DNA from: Salpingoeca rosetta
Lineage: Eukaryota > Protista > Choanoflagellata
Length of the DNA: 64,000 bases
Assembly (NCBI GenBank): GCA_033442325.1
Contig: JAWQFM010000025.1
Span: forward strand, 884,563 to 948,562
Direction: 5' to 3'
In this document: positions 1 to 12,599 of the stretch, in pieces
How positions within the stretch are numbered: the stretch's first letter is position 1
How the letters are laid out: the number at the start of each line of letters is the position of its first letter
The notes under the pieces: generated by a model
What the model was told of the DNA's origin: nothing
Seen by the model: the letters and a program-made list of their open reading frames with translations, nothing else
Database searches by the model: none
Translations under genes and position numbers: made by a program

Positions 1-1239
1 GGGAGAACAACAACTTTCTTGGCGTCACCTTGGCTGTGAACGTGTGATGTGCGTGAAGCAACATCGAGTAGGTCAATCACCATCAGGCCCGACGTTTCCA
101 GTCGACGCTCAACACGACGGTTCACCATGGCTGGGAATGGCGAACTCTCCAGTACCTGTTGCCGCTGTTGCTGTTGCTGCTGCCGACTTCCTCTGTTCCC
201 TCGCTGTCCTCCCAACTGCTGCTGTTGCTGTTGCTGCTGTGCCAGTGACCTTGCTTGGAGGCTGAGGCCGCCCAAGCGCGCGTCCTCGCGGTGCAGCAGT
301 GTGAGCAAGGGGTGCTCGAGCATAACGGGCAGGTTTGCAGCTGGGCCGCCACTGCCCGCTGTTGAGGTGATTTGGTCTGCCAGCCGGCGAACGTGCTGCG
401 CGTAGTCGCTTGCGTAGAGCCACAACAACCCTGCAATGCCGCTTTGTCTTGTTGGATGCTGGGCCGAAGGAGGGAGAACGGTGGCCATTGAAGCCACAGT
501 AGGGCAATCATCATCATCCTCCTCCTCCTCCTCCTCCTCCTCCTCCTCCTCCTCCTCCTCATCATCATCATCATCATCATCATCCCCTCTTCGTCCTCCA
601 CCACCACCACCACCACCACCACCACCACCACCATCACCACTGCTGGCACGTCCCCTTTCTCCCTGTTCGTCACCGCTGTCATCACTGTTGCCGTACCCGG
701 TGCTGACATACGTCCACCCAAACGCTGCTGGGGGCGTTGCCATGCCATTCACAAGGTCCACCTCCTCGTGATACATCACGACACAGCGCACGTGCTCGCC
801 GCACTGCACACGCAAGTGCTCCAGAAACGTGGAGAGGGCATTCGGGTGCAGGTGACGGCTGCTTGCGTACACGAGAGCGACGGCACTTCTGCGCTTTGGC
901 GACCCGCTGTGCTCTTGTTGTTCATGTGTTGACATGCCGTCGCTTCCACGTTCGCGCCCGTGCTGTGCCAGCTGCTGCTCCAACAAGGTGCGCACCGCTT
1001 CTGTTTGGTCCAACACCTTCTGCAGCGTTTCCATCGCGCTGCGTTTCACATAATCGTGACTGGTAAAGATAACCGTCACATAATCCCAGCGCACGCAACC
1101 ACGATCACCACTGTTCCCGTCACTCGTGTCTTGGCCAGCAGTGTTAATGCCGGCCTTGTGTTCGCCGTCATCACCATACCCTTCCCCGTAGCCAGAGCCA
1201 GCATGGCTGTCCACACCCACGGCGCCGTCATAATCGCAG

Positions 1240-1317
<78 letters not shown>

Positions 1318-4300
1318 CTGTAGTGGTCAGAATTGTCGTCATCACTTGCGTCTGAGTCACTGGCCTGATTGACTGCGTGAAAGTCAAAAATGGTCGCTCC
1401 CCTGCACTCAAACGCCCGCATGAGTGCAGCAAACAGATCCTCTCCCACCATCTGATGGCACACAAGCAGCGGTGCAGTGGTCATTACCAGGTCAGGGATG
1501 CTGTTCACGGGGTGGAGCTCTGGGCGACACGTCAACGCGAAAGCTTCCTTGCACACCCGTATCAGGTCACTTGCGCCGTGCACTAGCCGCTCGCTGCCGT
1601 CGACCACATGTGTGGCCATTGCTGGAAGCGGTTGCTGGGGCGAAAGCAAATCGGGCAAAGCCGCCGCGCCCGGAATGTGACCATTTCCGGCGCTCTGAGT
1701 GGTTGTGTCGTTGTCGTTGCTGCTGCTGTTCGCGTCATCCTCACCCACATTGTCGCCGTCCTCATCATCAGTCCCAAGGATAACACGCGCCCTCATACTG
1801 TCAGCCGTGACGTACGCGGTGATGGCCTGCAACAGCGCGTGCGTGTGCACCATCCCAGAAACACGTGCCACCTGTAGGATGCGTGCGATGGCGACGTTTC
1901 TGCTTGGCCGCTCAGCAGCCGCGGCGGCGCACATGATGTTTTCCAGCGCTGGCAGTGGGCAAAACACCTTCTGCACGCGGTTCAGAAACGCACGCGGGAG
2001 CGCCATCACAGCGCTCGGGTCGTCCACAAACACGAGTCGGCAGCTGTCGTGCATGCGCGTGTATCTCGAGCGACCCCCAACAGGGATGCGCACATAGGTC
2101 CACCCGCTCGCGCCAGCAGTGACGTCTGCAGCGGTGGCATGTCCGTTGATCACATCGTACAGCGTCTCCGCAATGAGGCGTGGGGCGAGCACGACACACA
2201 CGCCCGGCTGCGCGATGGCAGCCAGCAGCCGCTTCAGGTACGCTGCCCGCACGCGTGCAAGCTGCGCTGATGTCCCAGCCATGGCTGATGTTGAACGTGT
2301 GCTGCTGCCATACCCACCGTGGCCGCACAGCGCTTGCATGTCTTCATCGCTCCAGCGTGGTGCCAGCACGCGCACGCGCACGCGCGGGACAGCTCCAGCA
2401 GGCATTGACATTTGACGAGACGCCTGTGGGAAAAGCGGTTGTACTGTGGGTGACGTCGGCGCTGCTGTCATGCTCGCCTGTGCCGGAAATGACGTATCAG
2501 GCAGCTGCGAGCTCAGTGCATATGGCGGGAGTGCTGAACGGATGATGATTTGCATGACAGCGGGCGTCAGTGGGGTGTCGCTCACCATGAGCGTGTGACG
2601 CTCACGCACACCCAACGACGATGGCACGGACGAGGACGTGCTGCCCCGATTGCGTCCCGTGATAGCAGCAGCAGCAGCAGCAGGAGAAGCAGAAGCAGTC
2701 GTTGAAGCAGCCGTGTGTGCCCCCCGTGTGCCGGGTGTTGAGGGCGCACTTGAGCTTGACGCGAGACTGGTGCCCGGCTGTATCGTGGGTGCGTGGATGC
2801 TGCTGACAAGCGCTGATGTGAGGAGCCGTTCCGAGCACGTGAGTGTTTGCACACGCCTGGTCACGTCACGCCACGCAGGGCGACGCGCCACGCAGTCAAT
2901 GTGTTGCACTCTGCGGTTATTGAACAGGCGGCGCATACACTCTTCAATCAGGGACGGCTGAGAGACGGGCGACACAGCGCCGAATTCGCTCATCACGGCA
3001 ATCCACAAGTTCTCCACAATGCTGCGGCCTGCCTCGTCAAATCCCTCGCCCCTGTTCCTGCGATCAACGGCATCATCACCATCATCCCCATCATCACCAT
3101 CATCCCCGTCGTCGTGTTTCCATCGTGGCTTCCTCTTTGTCCGCTGTTTCTGTTTCTTTCCTCTCTTGTTGGCGGCCGTGCTGCTTCCGCTCTGTCTTTG
3201 CTGTTGCTCCGACGTCTTGCCCCTTTGCGACTTCCTGTTCTTCTTCCTCTTGTTCCCCATCACCGCTGCCTCCTCATCGTCATCCCCGTTCTCGTCATCA
3301 TCGTTGTCGTCGTCCGTGTGCGTCTGAGCGCGCGCGTGTGCGCCATCCTCTCTGCAGAGGAAGAAAAAGCGACGAAGCGTGCAGTAGAGGTCGCGAAGAC
3401 CGTACGCACGCTGCTCACGTGTGGGTGTCGTCGTCTGGACACCGATGCTGGCTGCTGCAGTCAACTGCTGATACAAGGCAAGCAGCTCCTGTGACATGAC
3501 GCGAATGGCGTCAACGACGTCCTCCACACTCACGCCGGAGGTGCGCTGCCTGTTCTGACCTTGTGGCGTTTGATGCAGGTGTGCAATGCGCGCCACTAGT
3601 TGTGTCATGTTCAGCTGTGCCAGTTGCACGTGGTTCGAGTAACGCTGCTGCAGTGCCCGCGCCAGGCCGCATGCAATGACAACCTTGAGGTCGTGCGTGG
3701 ACGCGCTGTGGCGCAGCACCACCGTGCCTCGGTTCATCTTCGCTGCGTCGAGAAACGTGTTGGAAAGCGCAAAGAACGGGATGCGGCTTGCTCGCGGCAA
3801 GCTGAGGTCGCACTGCCGGTCCAGCAGTGCATGGAGCACCTTGAGCGTGGGCACACGACCGGAGCCGGCGTACGACAGGCCAACCTCTTCGAGCACCACA
3901 GCCATAGCCTCCTTCATCTCCTCGGCACCGCTCTGTGCGTACGTCTGTGCACGCTCAAATTCTTTCTCCAGCATGCGTGCAGAGAGTTCAGGCGAGCACT
4001 GCAGAATGTACATGGTTGGTCGCCGCAGAAGCGAGCGCACGAAATCAGCCAGTCCTGTATCAACGCTGGCATGTGCGCCGTGACCACCATCAGCGCGGTT
4101 GTGTCCACCGCCCCCACGGCGCCGCCGCCGCCGCCGTGACCTTTGCCGTCGCCCCTGCTGCTGCTGCTGCTGTTGTTGTTGTTGCTGTAGTCCTGAGTTG
4201 GCAGGGTTGTGGTTCTGTTCTGCAGAGAGGTCGAGGTTGCGAAGTGCAGCGCGTGCGCATCGAGACACGAGTGCAAGGCTGATGGACTTGGATGTCCCCG

Positions 4301-7300
4301 GCTCACCAACGAGGAAAAGAGGCAGCCCCATGTAGATGTGAAGAATCATCAGAAACACGTTCTCGCACAGGGATTGCGTCAGGAATAGTCCTTCACACGC
4401 CTCCAATTGCAGCACGTGTCGCATCGCTTCCACGCACTCAAGCAGCGGTGATAGCAGCGTGACCACAGACGGGGGTAGCTGTGCAGTGAGCGACAGGGAG
4501 AGGAGATGCTGTTCAATGACAGGGTTAATAGGGCCCGCATCAATGGGGAACGATGGCACGTCCCATGCCTGCAAGCAAAACAGTTGGCGCTTGTGTTCGG
4601 GCAGCCGCAGCAGGAACACGGTCGCCACCGCCAAGCGCGCGCACCACCACAGGTCTTTGCGACGTCCTGCATGCGACCCTGCGCCTCTTCCTACACCGGA
4701 ACCATGATGCACAGCACCGTCACCGTCATGGTTTGCACCACCACCGCCGCTGCCGTGACTGCCGCTATCATTTGCATTTGCACCGCTGCTGATGTGCGCA
4801 AACTCCGCCACCAGCTCGGCCGTTCGCACCACGTCACGAACACTTGGCGGCACAAGCTCTTCCTCCCGCGCACGTGCGCGTGTCTGAGATGCTGATGGGA
4901 TGCCTGTTTGGCACCACTGCAGCAGCGTTGTGTAACAGCGGGCAACCAGGTGTGCAGCAGTAACCAACTGACCCGCATCGCAACGAACGCCTGTGCTGGC
5001 GGCGTCACCGTGACGGCCACTGGCGCCTCTATCAGCACTGACATCATCATGCCCGTCCTCATCATCTCCAAAGTGCGGCGGCTGGTGGCTGCGGTCAAGG
5101 GTGAGCGCGGTGCTCAGCGCGCTGTACGCAATGAACTGAATATCCTCTGGGGAGTTGACGTCCATCGTCCAGGTGAACTTGCGCAGGCTCGCTGTGAGCG
5201 GCAGCACCTTGTACAGGCCCACGCGCGTGTCTTGCTCACGTGAAGGGTTGCACGCGCCAACCACCCACACGTCCTGGCGCACGTGAGCCCGGCCAACCAG
5301 CCCATCGAGCATGCACGTCTGCACAACATCCAGAACATCGCAGCAGTTGGTTTCATCCATGAACACGACCGTGGTCGGTCTGGGTGGTGGCATGCCCACG
5401 TTACGCGCTCGCTGCATCTCTGCGCCTGTTGCTGTGATGCTGTGAGACGTCAACCACTCCAGCACTGTTCGCTCCGTGTGGCTGGGCTGAAGATCCAGAA
5501 TGTGCAGCTGGGGTTGGGATGCGTGCACATTCTCTCCGTGCTGCTGGTGGTGGTGGTGCTGGTGCTGCCGCCGCTGCCGCCGCTGCCGCCGCTGCTGTTG
5601 GTGACGGTGGTCCTGATGTGGCTGCTCGTGCATGAGCTCGAAGAAGACGCGAATGAGGTACGTCTTGCCAACACCGGTTTCGCCTTCGAGGATGAGGGGC
5701 AGTCGCAGACTGGCGTGCAGGGCAAGCACAAGCAGCCGAATCATCACCAGTGGAGAGAACACAAACTGAGGAAACCTGCTGATGACGCGTTCCACTGCTG
5801 CCTCACCAAAGCAGTCCTCCACCGCCCTGGCCAGCGTGGCAACGGCCCATGCATAGTCCTGCGGGCTTCGCCGCCGCTGTTGGTGCTGGTGCTGCTGGTG
5901 CTGCTGCTGTTGTTGTTGTTGTTGTTGTTGTTCGCGGCGGGCATATTGTGTGCCCAGCTGTTGAATCACAGCGCCTGATGTGCGTTGGATGTGTTCAAGC
6001 AGCCTGCTGTTGAGCAGTTCATGGGGTGCACTCGCGCCAGCAACTGGCGGGGGTGGCGGCTGTGCACCACTGCCCGCACCGTTGCTGTTTTCGTCGCCCG
6101 CAACACCACCAATACCACCGCTGCCATCAGCGTGGAGTGGAGCGGGGTCTGCGAGCGATGACGGTTGCACGTGCTGCGGTGCTGCCGGAGCCAGAACAAC
6201 CACATCGCTTGAACGATGGCGCATGCTTGGCACAACCAGACAGCACACGTCCTGCAAGCCCCACCTGCCTCCACCATCACCACCATGATCACCATCAACA
6301 CGACCACTATCACCACCATCATTGCGCGAGAGTAGCCACTGCAGGATGCGAGCAGCACCCCACCGCTGTTCCCACAGTGCGTGTGCAGTCGAACGCGCAG
6401 CACTATCAAGCGAAATGCCTTTCGTCAGCAGCATGGATGTGTTGCTGGTGGCTGACAGCCATGCAGCGAGCGCACAGCACTTTCGCACCAACGCAAAGTC
6501 TCCACCCAGGGCAGACATGCGTGAAAACTCATGCAGTTGCGGGGACACGAGGTCTTGGCGCGCCGCCAGCCCATGGAACAGGCCAAGCGCTGCTTTGGAG
6601 CTATCAACGCCCGAGGTGCTGCTGTCATCACCATCGTGCTCGCCGTGTGCTTGGAACGGCGCGACGGGCAGCTCGTCTGCAAGGAACGTGACAGGTGGTG
6701 TGCGTGCATGGCCGGGAGATGACGGGGTGGCGGGGGCGGTGGCGGTGATGCCTGATGTGGTGCTTGCATGCAGTTCAATGAAGAACGTCATGGGTTGGCG
6801 CTCGTTGCCTCGAGCCGGATCTCGCGGCGTCGGCTGCCACAGCGTGCCTGCCGCTGACCGTGCACGACCAAACAGCGCAAGCTCAAGCAGCACACGTTCC
6901 ATGGCGTTGTTTGGCGACGTGTTCAGGCGCGACTGCACCCACACAGTTGATGATGGGTCGTGGGCCAGCGAGTCCAGGAACGCATTCATGTCGGCACGCG
7001 AGAAGAGCATGTGGGGGTACACTGGGCGGCGGTGAGTGCGTTTTTGTAGCGTGCGCATGTGGTGCAGCAGGCGAAATGACTTGCCAGTCTGCGCATCGCC
7101 CTTGACTGTGCTGGTGCTGATTGACCAGTGCTCAAGCAGCTCTTGCATGGCGTCAGGCAAGTGTCGGAGCGAGTCGACGGTCGTATCGCGTGCGGCCCCG
7201 GACGGCATCACGTGTTGGTTGAAGTTCTTGACGACAGTGCGACCGACACTGCCAGCCTTGATGACGGAGAGGAAGACCACATGTGTGGTTGCGCGTCGCA

Positions 7301-10300
7301 GGTTCCAACGCTTCACACGCGCCTCCACGTGTTTCCACTTGCGGAAATCAAGCGGCATCACGACCACGTGCGGTGCGCGTTCCTCGCACCACGTTCCGCG
7401 CTGCTCACCATCATCACCTCCTCCGCTGCCGTGTCCACTACCACCACGGCCGCTGCCACCACGTTGCTGTTGCTGTCGCTGGGTATGCTGGCCCTGACGC
7501 CGTTTGTCTTGTTCTTTGTCAGTCAGGTAGAGCGCACGCAGGAGAAAGCGATCAAACGCATCGCTGAAACCGCCATCGCCGCCAGCAGCAGCAGCAGCAG
7601 CAGTAGCAGCGACAGCATCGTCGGTACCAGCAGCAGGGAGGTGATGGTCACAGAAGAACACGGTGTGTAGCGCAGGGGGCGCGCTCACATGCTTCAAAGC
7701 CTCCAACATCCCCGCAAACAGCAGGCGGTGTGGTGAGGACGTATCATAAAGTCTGGGCGACACGCGCACGGACACGTGGATGCACGGGGCGCGCCGAGCA
7801 CCAGTTTCAGACTGCGCTGTGTTCCTGCTCATCCGACGCGTGAACGACGCCGGCAACGATGGTGGCTCTGCCTGCGAGGCCATCAGAAACTGTTGAATGA
7901 ACTTGAGCTTTCTCTCGAGCAGTGCGTCGATTTTCGCCGCCAAGTCACCTGGCGCTGCGGGGCCAAGCAGGTCTTTCACGCGCTGTGCTTCCTCGTCCCT
8001 CTTTCGCGTTGAGAAGTGCGCCTTCCAGTCGCTGTCTGCAAGAGAGCGGAGGCGCTCGCTGCTGCCAATGCACTGCTCAAGCTGTGTCAGCTGTGGCAGC
8101 GACAGGCGGAGCAGGTGGTATCGGTCTCGCAAAAGCGCGCCGCGTTGCACACGGCCGTTCATCACCACCTTCTGCCATTGCTGCGTGTACTTTTGCAGGT
8201 GAGACAGCACAGCCTTGCACTCACCCAGTCCGAACTTGAGCAGAACAGAGGACCTGCCTTCATCCCGGCTGACCGTGGGCGTGAAGTCAAACGCATTCAC
8301 GGCATTCAGGTACTTGACAGCCGCCACGATGCTCTGCAAGTGCTCCACGCTCGTGGAGACCTCCTTCAGGACCTTTGCGCTGCCATCGCGTAGGCCGCTT
8401 GCATCTGCCGACTCCATGCTTTCCTTCAGGAACGCGAAAAAGTCGAGCAGCCGCTCCTTGTCCATCACATACGTGCACTGTTCCCCACGGACGATGGTGA
8501 AATCAGGAATCAATGGTACATGCGCACTGCCAGGGCTGCTGCTGCTGCCACCATCACCACCATCACCACCATCGCTGCTACCACTGGCATCGCTAGCGCC
8601 GGTCATGGATTCCTCTTCAAAGCGCGGCTTGCGCAGGAACAGCTGGACTGAGTTCTGCGACTTGTCCCTGAGCTTGCTCAGTTCCCGCAGGTTTTCGGCA
8701 GAGCCAACTGCCTTGCCGCTGTGCGCGCGTTGCAGATCCTGCTCCAACCGCGTGATGTCCTGACGTCGTCTGATGGCGGCGTACGATGACACATCATCAT
8801 CCTCATCGTTGTCAACTTCAGCACCGTCATCAACAACAGCGGGGAGACTGTCGCTGGAACCAGCAGCAGCAGCTGCTGCTGCTGCTGCATGTACCGTATC
8901 CCTCGCTTGCGCCAGCAAGAACGATTGGTCAAAGTAGCCCAGCAGCTTGTGATCCTCGCACACCTTGCGAAGAAACAGTGGAAGCCACAGGTCACCGTCA
9001 CACAACCTCCGCGCGGTCCTGTAATTGCTGAAGAGGCGCGAATACTGCACAAAGAGGTCGCCGTTCGTGTCGTCAACACGACCTGTGCGCTGCATGATGT
9101 AGCTGTCAAACGTGTCCGTGTCAAACGTGCTCTCGTACTTCTGCAGGAGGTCAAGCGGCAGCTGCTGCATCATCGCCACAGCGCTCAGCACCGTTCTTGG
9201 GTTCAGCGCTGGGCAGCGCATGAGCGTCTCCTCCACGTGGATGTTGACGTCGTGGTTGTCGCCGCCGCAGAGGCCAAAGTCGCGCGGGAGAAGGTTGTCG
9301 TTTGCCAGGAGGCGGGCAAGCCTTTGCAGCTTGAAGTTGCCTCGCTCCCGCGCACACCGGAGGTGCTGAACGAACCACGCGTCACGGTACGCTGACACCT
9401 TGTCGCGCACCTTGCTTGCCGCCTGCCCCGCCCACAAGAACGTCTTCACGTCGTCGCTCTCTCGTGGCAGCAGCATGCAAGCAAACAGCACCTGTTGCAA
9501 AAGGACAGCACGTGGACGTTTCAGCCAAGCGTGCACAGCCGTGTTGTCAGTTCCGCTCATCTTTGCAATGTCTGCGTCACTAAATACCCGGACATCTGCG
9601 CCACACAGCCTGCCCTGCATCAACTTGTCTCCAAGCTCGCGTTCGGCACGCTCCTGCTGCTCCTTCAGCGCCCCAATGTATGGCGCACTGGCGGTGGCGA
9701 TGTACTCCATGGGATCGACGTGGCACAGCGCCTTCGCGAGGGTGTAGGCTTCAATACCCGTGGGTAACGAGCCACGAACCTCATCAATCAGTTTAGGGAA
9801 CTGCATGATTGGGTAGTTGGCGAGCAGCGCAGCCACTTTCCTCGAGAGCGCCGCGTGCGTGCTTGGTGTAGCCGTGCTGCCAATGAACGCTGCTGCTGCT
9901 GGTGACGACGGTGTGGGTGTGGCGGCGTCAGCTGGCAGCGTGGGCGCGGTTGAAGAGGCGCCACCCACGTGATTGGACGCAGTGCTGATGTGTCGCTGTG
10001 ATGTGGTGGTGGTTGCCATCGTCATCATCGTTGCCGCTGTTGCTGCTGTTTTTGTTCTTGTTGAAAGCATTGCCTTGGACTCTGTCACATCGGTGAGCGT
10101 GTGCTGTGTGTCGCGTTCGAGAGCAACAAGGGCATGATAGAGGGGCGAGTTCGCCAGGGCAGTTGGCGATGCCTGCTTCAGCACGTCGCTGATGATGGTC
10201 TGAACTTTAGATGGCAGCGGCTGAATGGCCTCGCGTACAAAGTTGGCCAGATGCCCTCGAAACTCTGCCAGGGCGCTGTCGATAAATGGGTGACCTAAGA

Positions 10301-12556
10301 GCAGCAGCACATCCTCAAGGGTTGCCGACGTTGCGTGTGCGCTGCTGGTGCAATGTGTATGCAGGCAGCATTGTGGCAGGTTCACTTGTTCGGGTGAAGA
10401 AGAGTTGGTGCCAGAGGTGCTGATGATCTTCGCCACAGCGTCAAGCTGACCTTCATATTCCTCAGCTTCAGCGAGCAAGATTGCAGCGAGTATATTCGCG
10501 TCATCGTCGCTGATCGTGTGCAGCGACAGGGACGTTGCACCGTCCTCACGTGAAGGTGTTGTCGTCGTTGCTGCTGCCGTTGCTGTTGGTGTTGCTGTCG
10601 GCGTTGTCGTTGCTGCTGCTCCTGTCGTTGTTGCTGCTGCTGTCGTTGTTGTCGTTGATGCTCCTGTCGGCGTTGTCGTTGCTGCTGCTGTTGCCGTCAT
10701 TGCCGTGCTGCTGAAAGACGCCAGTGCAGCCCATACAGAGCGGACACCGGTCAAGGGCGGCACCAACTTGGCAACAGCGGCCGCATCCACGCGCTTCGTG
10801 CCTTCGTATTCACGTGCAATGTCTGCGAAGTGCTCATGGATGTTGCGTTGGCAAACGTCTGCCAGGCCACACAGCATGGCACGAAAACACGGGTGACCGT
10901 TGGGGAAACACTGGGAACGTAACGGCACAAGCTGCACCGGCAGCGGTGACGCTGGAGCTGTCGCTCCAGCCGAGGTTATCGCTGCTGCTGCTGCTGATGA
11001 TGACGGCGACGATGATGTTGTCGTTGTGGTTGATGTTGATGGGTGGTGGGTACTCGTCCACCCACGCCCAAAGAACGTTTGGAGTGATGATGTGAGTGAG
11101 CCCTCTGTTTCTGGCGGCAGGACAGCAGCCACATGCTGTCGCACCGCCCGCAGGTTGGGGAACAAGGTGGTGGCAGCGTTGTCATCGTGACCACTGCCAG
11201 GGTCACCCGTCTGCGTTGCACCGCCACCGTCATCATTCCCGCTGCTGCTGTTGATGTTGTTGCTGTCGCCACCAAAGACGTGTGTTGTGAGCGCTGTTAT
11301 GACAATGCAGAACGCCAGCACCTTTTCCTCGAGCGAGGTGAGCGTCATTGCGCGTGTGAACGCGTGCGAGTGGTTGTGTGACAACAGACCAACGGCGTGC
11401 CGTAACAAGCGCAAGTCACCATGCGAAACGCCGCCACTGCTGCTGCTGCTGCTGGTGCTGTTGAGTGATTGCGCCCAGTCGTGCACGCGCTGTTCATAGC
11501 TTGTGGTGCGGAGCGCAAGGACCTCAAGCAGCAGCCGCAGCTGGTGCGTGAGCGATGGCGGCGGGGTAGTTACTGCTGTTGTTGATGATGGTGCCGCTGT
11601 TGTTGTTGTTGATGTTGATGTTGTCGTTGCTGCCGCTGTTGTTGTCGTTGTTGGTGCAGTAGTGGCGTGTGCGCTGGAGCACCTGAGCCTGTCCAGGAAA
11701 GAGGTGGCCACATGTGCACGCAACTCTTCTGGGACAACCTGCAACACATGTGCGCACGTTGCGCGGTCATGTGTACACGACTGCAGGGACGCGTCCACCT
11801 GCGAGACCACAGATGGCGGCACGAGGGTGCGGAGCGTGCTGATGAACACGGTGATCTGGTCAGGGGACGCAAACGTGTGCACGTGCGCGGCTGCCGCTGC
11901 CACAATGGCGTTTCCAATGTCATCGTTGTGCTTGAGCTCGCGCCACACCACCGCCATTCGCCGAAAATACTCCAACACATGCGTAGCGGTCGTGCTCACG
12001 GCGTGAGTGGTGCCGGGCGCACTGCTTGCAAGGGATGCAACGCTGCTGCCGCTGCTGCCGCTGGTGTTGCTGTTGGTGCTGCTGTTATTGGTATTGGCAT
12101 GCGGTGTAGCTGCACGCACGACGGACTGGAACTCGTTCACCACCGCCCTCACGTGGTCGTTGTTGGCGGTCTTCCAGAGCAGAAAGAAGTTCCTCATCAT
12201 CATGGACACGAGCGCACGAATGTCGTCGCCACTGCCACCGTCACCACGGTCGCCGACAGCGACTGTGCCGGGGAGCGCAAAGAGCTGGCGGGCAAATATG
12301 GCCGGGTTGCTGTGTAGGTGGTCCTTCACAGAGTCGAGTTGTGTCACGTAGTTCACAACATCTGGATGAAGCAGATCTTGCAGCGGCCACCGCTCAGTCT
12401 TCTTCAGGTTTGCCGCCAGTTCTGCATGGGACGTGATTAAGTTGGAGGGAACGGGAACGGTAAGGGTGAGTCGATGAAGGCAGTAGAGAGCGTGGCATGC
12501 GTCGGCTCATCAGAATGCACATGCGTGTACAGCGGGCAAATTGCGCTCACACGCTA

Positions 12557-12599
<43 letters not shown>

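Noticed and set aside
1950-7100. Midasin or dynein identity for the minus-strand giant
   Set aside because: GETGxGKT is shared with those families, but ENVFxM..PLFLVGxPGxSKS, AKMNRG, GLRD and LYDxxN are RNF213-type.
44-12351. Dozens of + strand and off-frame - strand ORFs
   Set aside because: They are antisense or shifted shadows of the single RNF213-like exon and carry no independent motifs.
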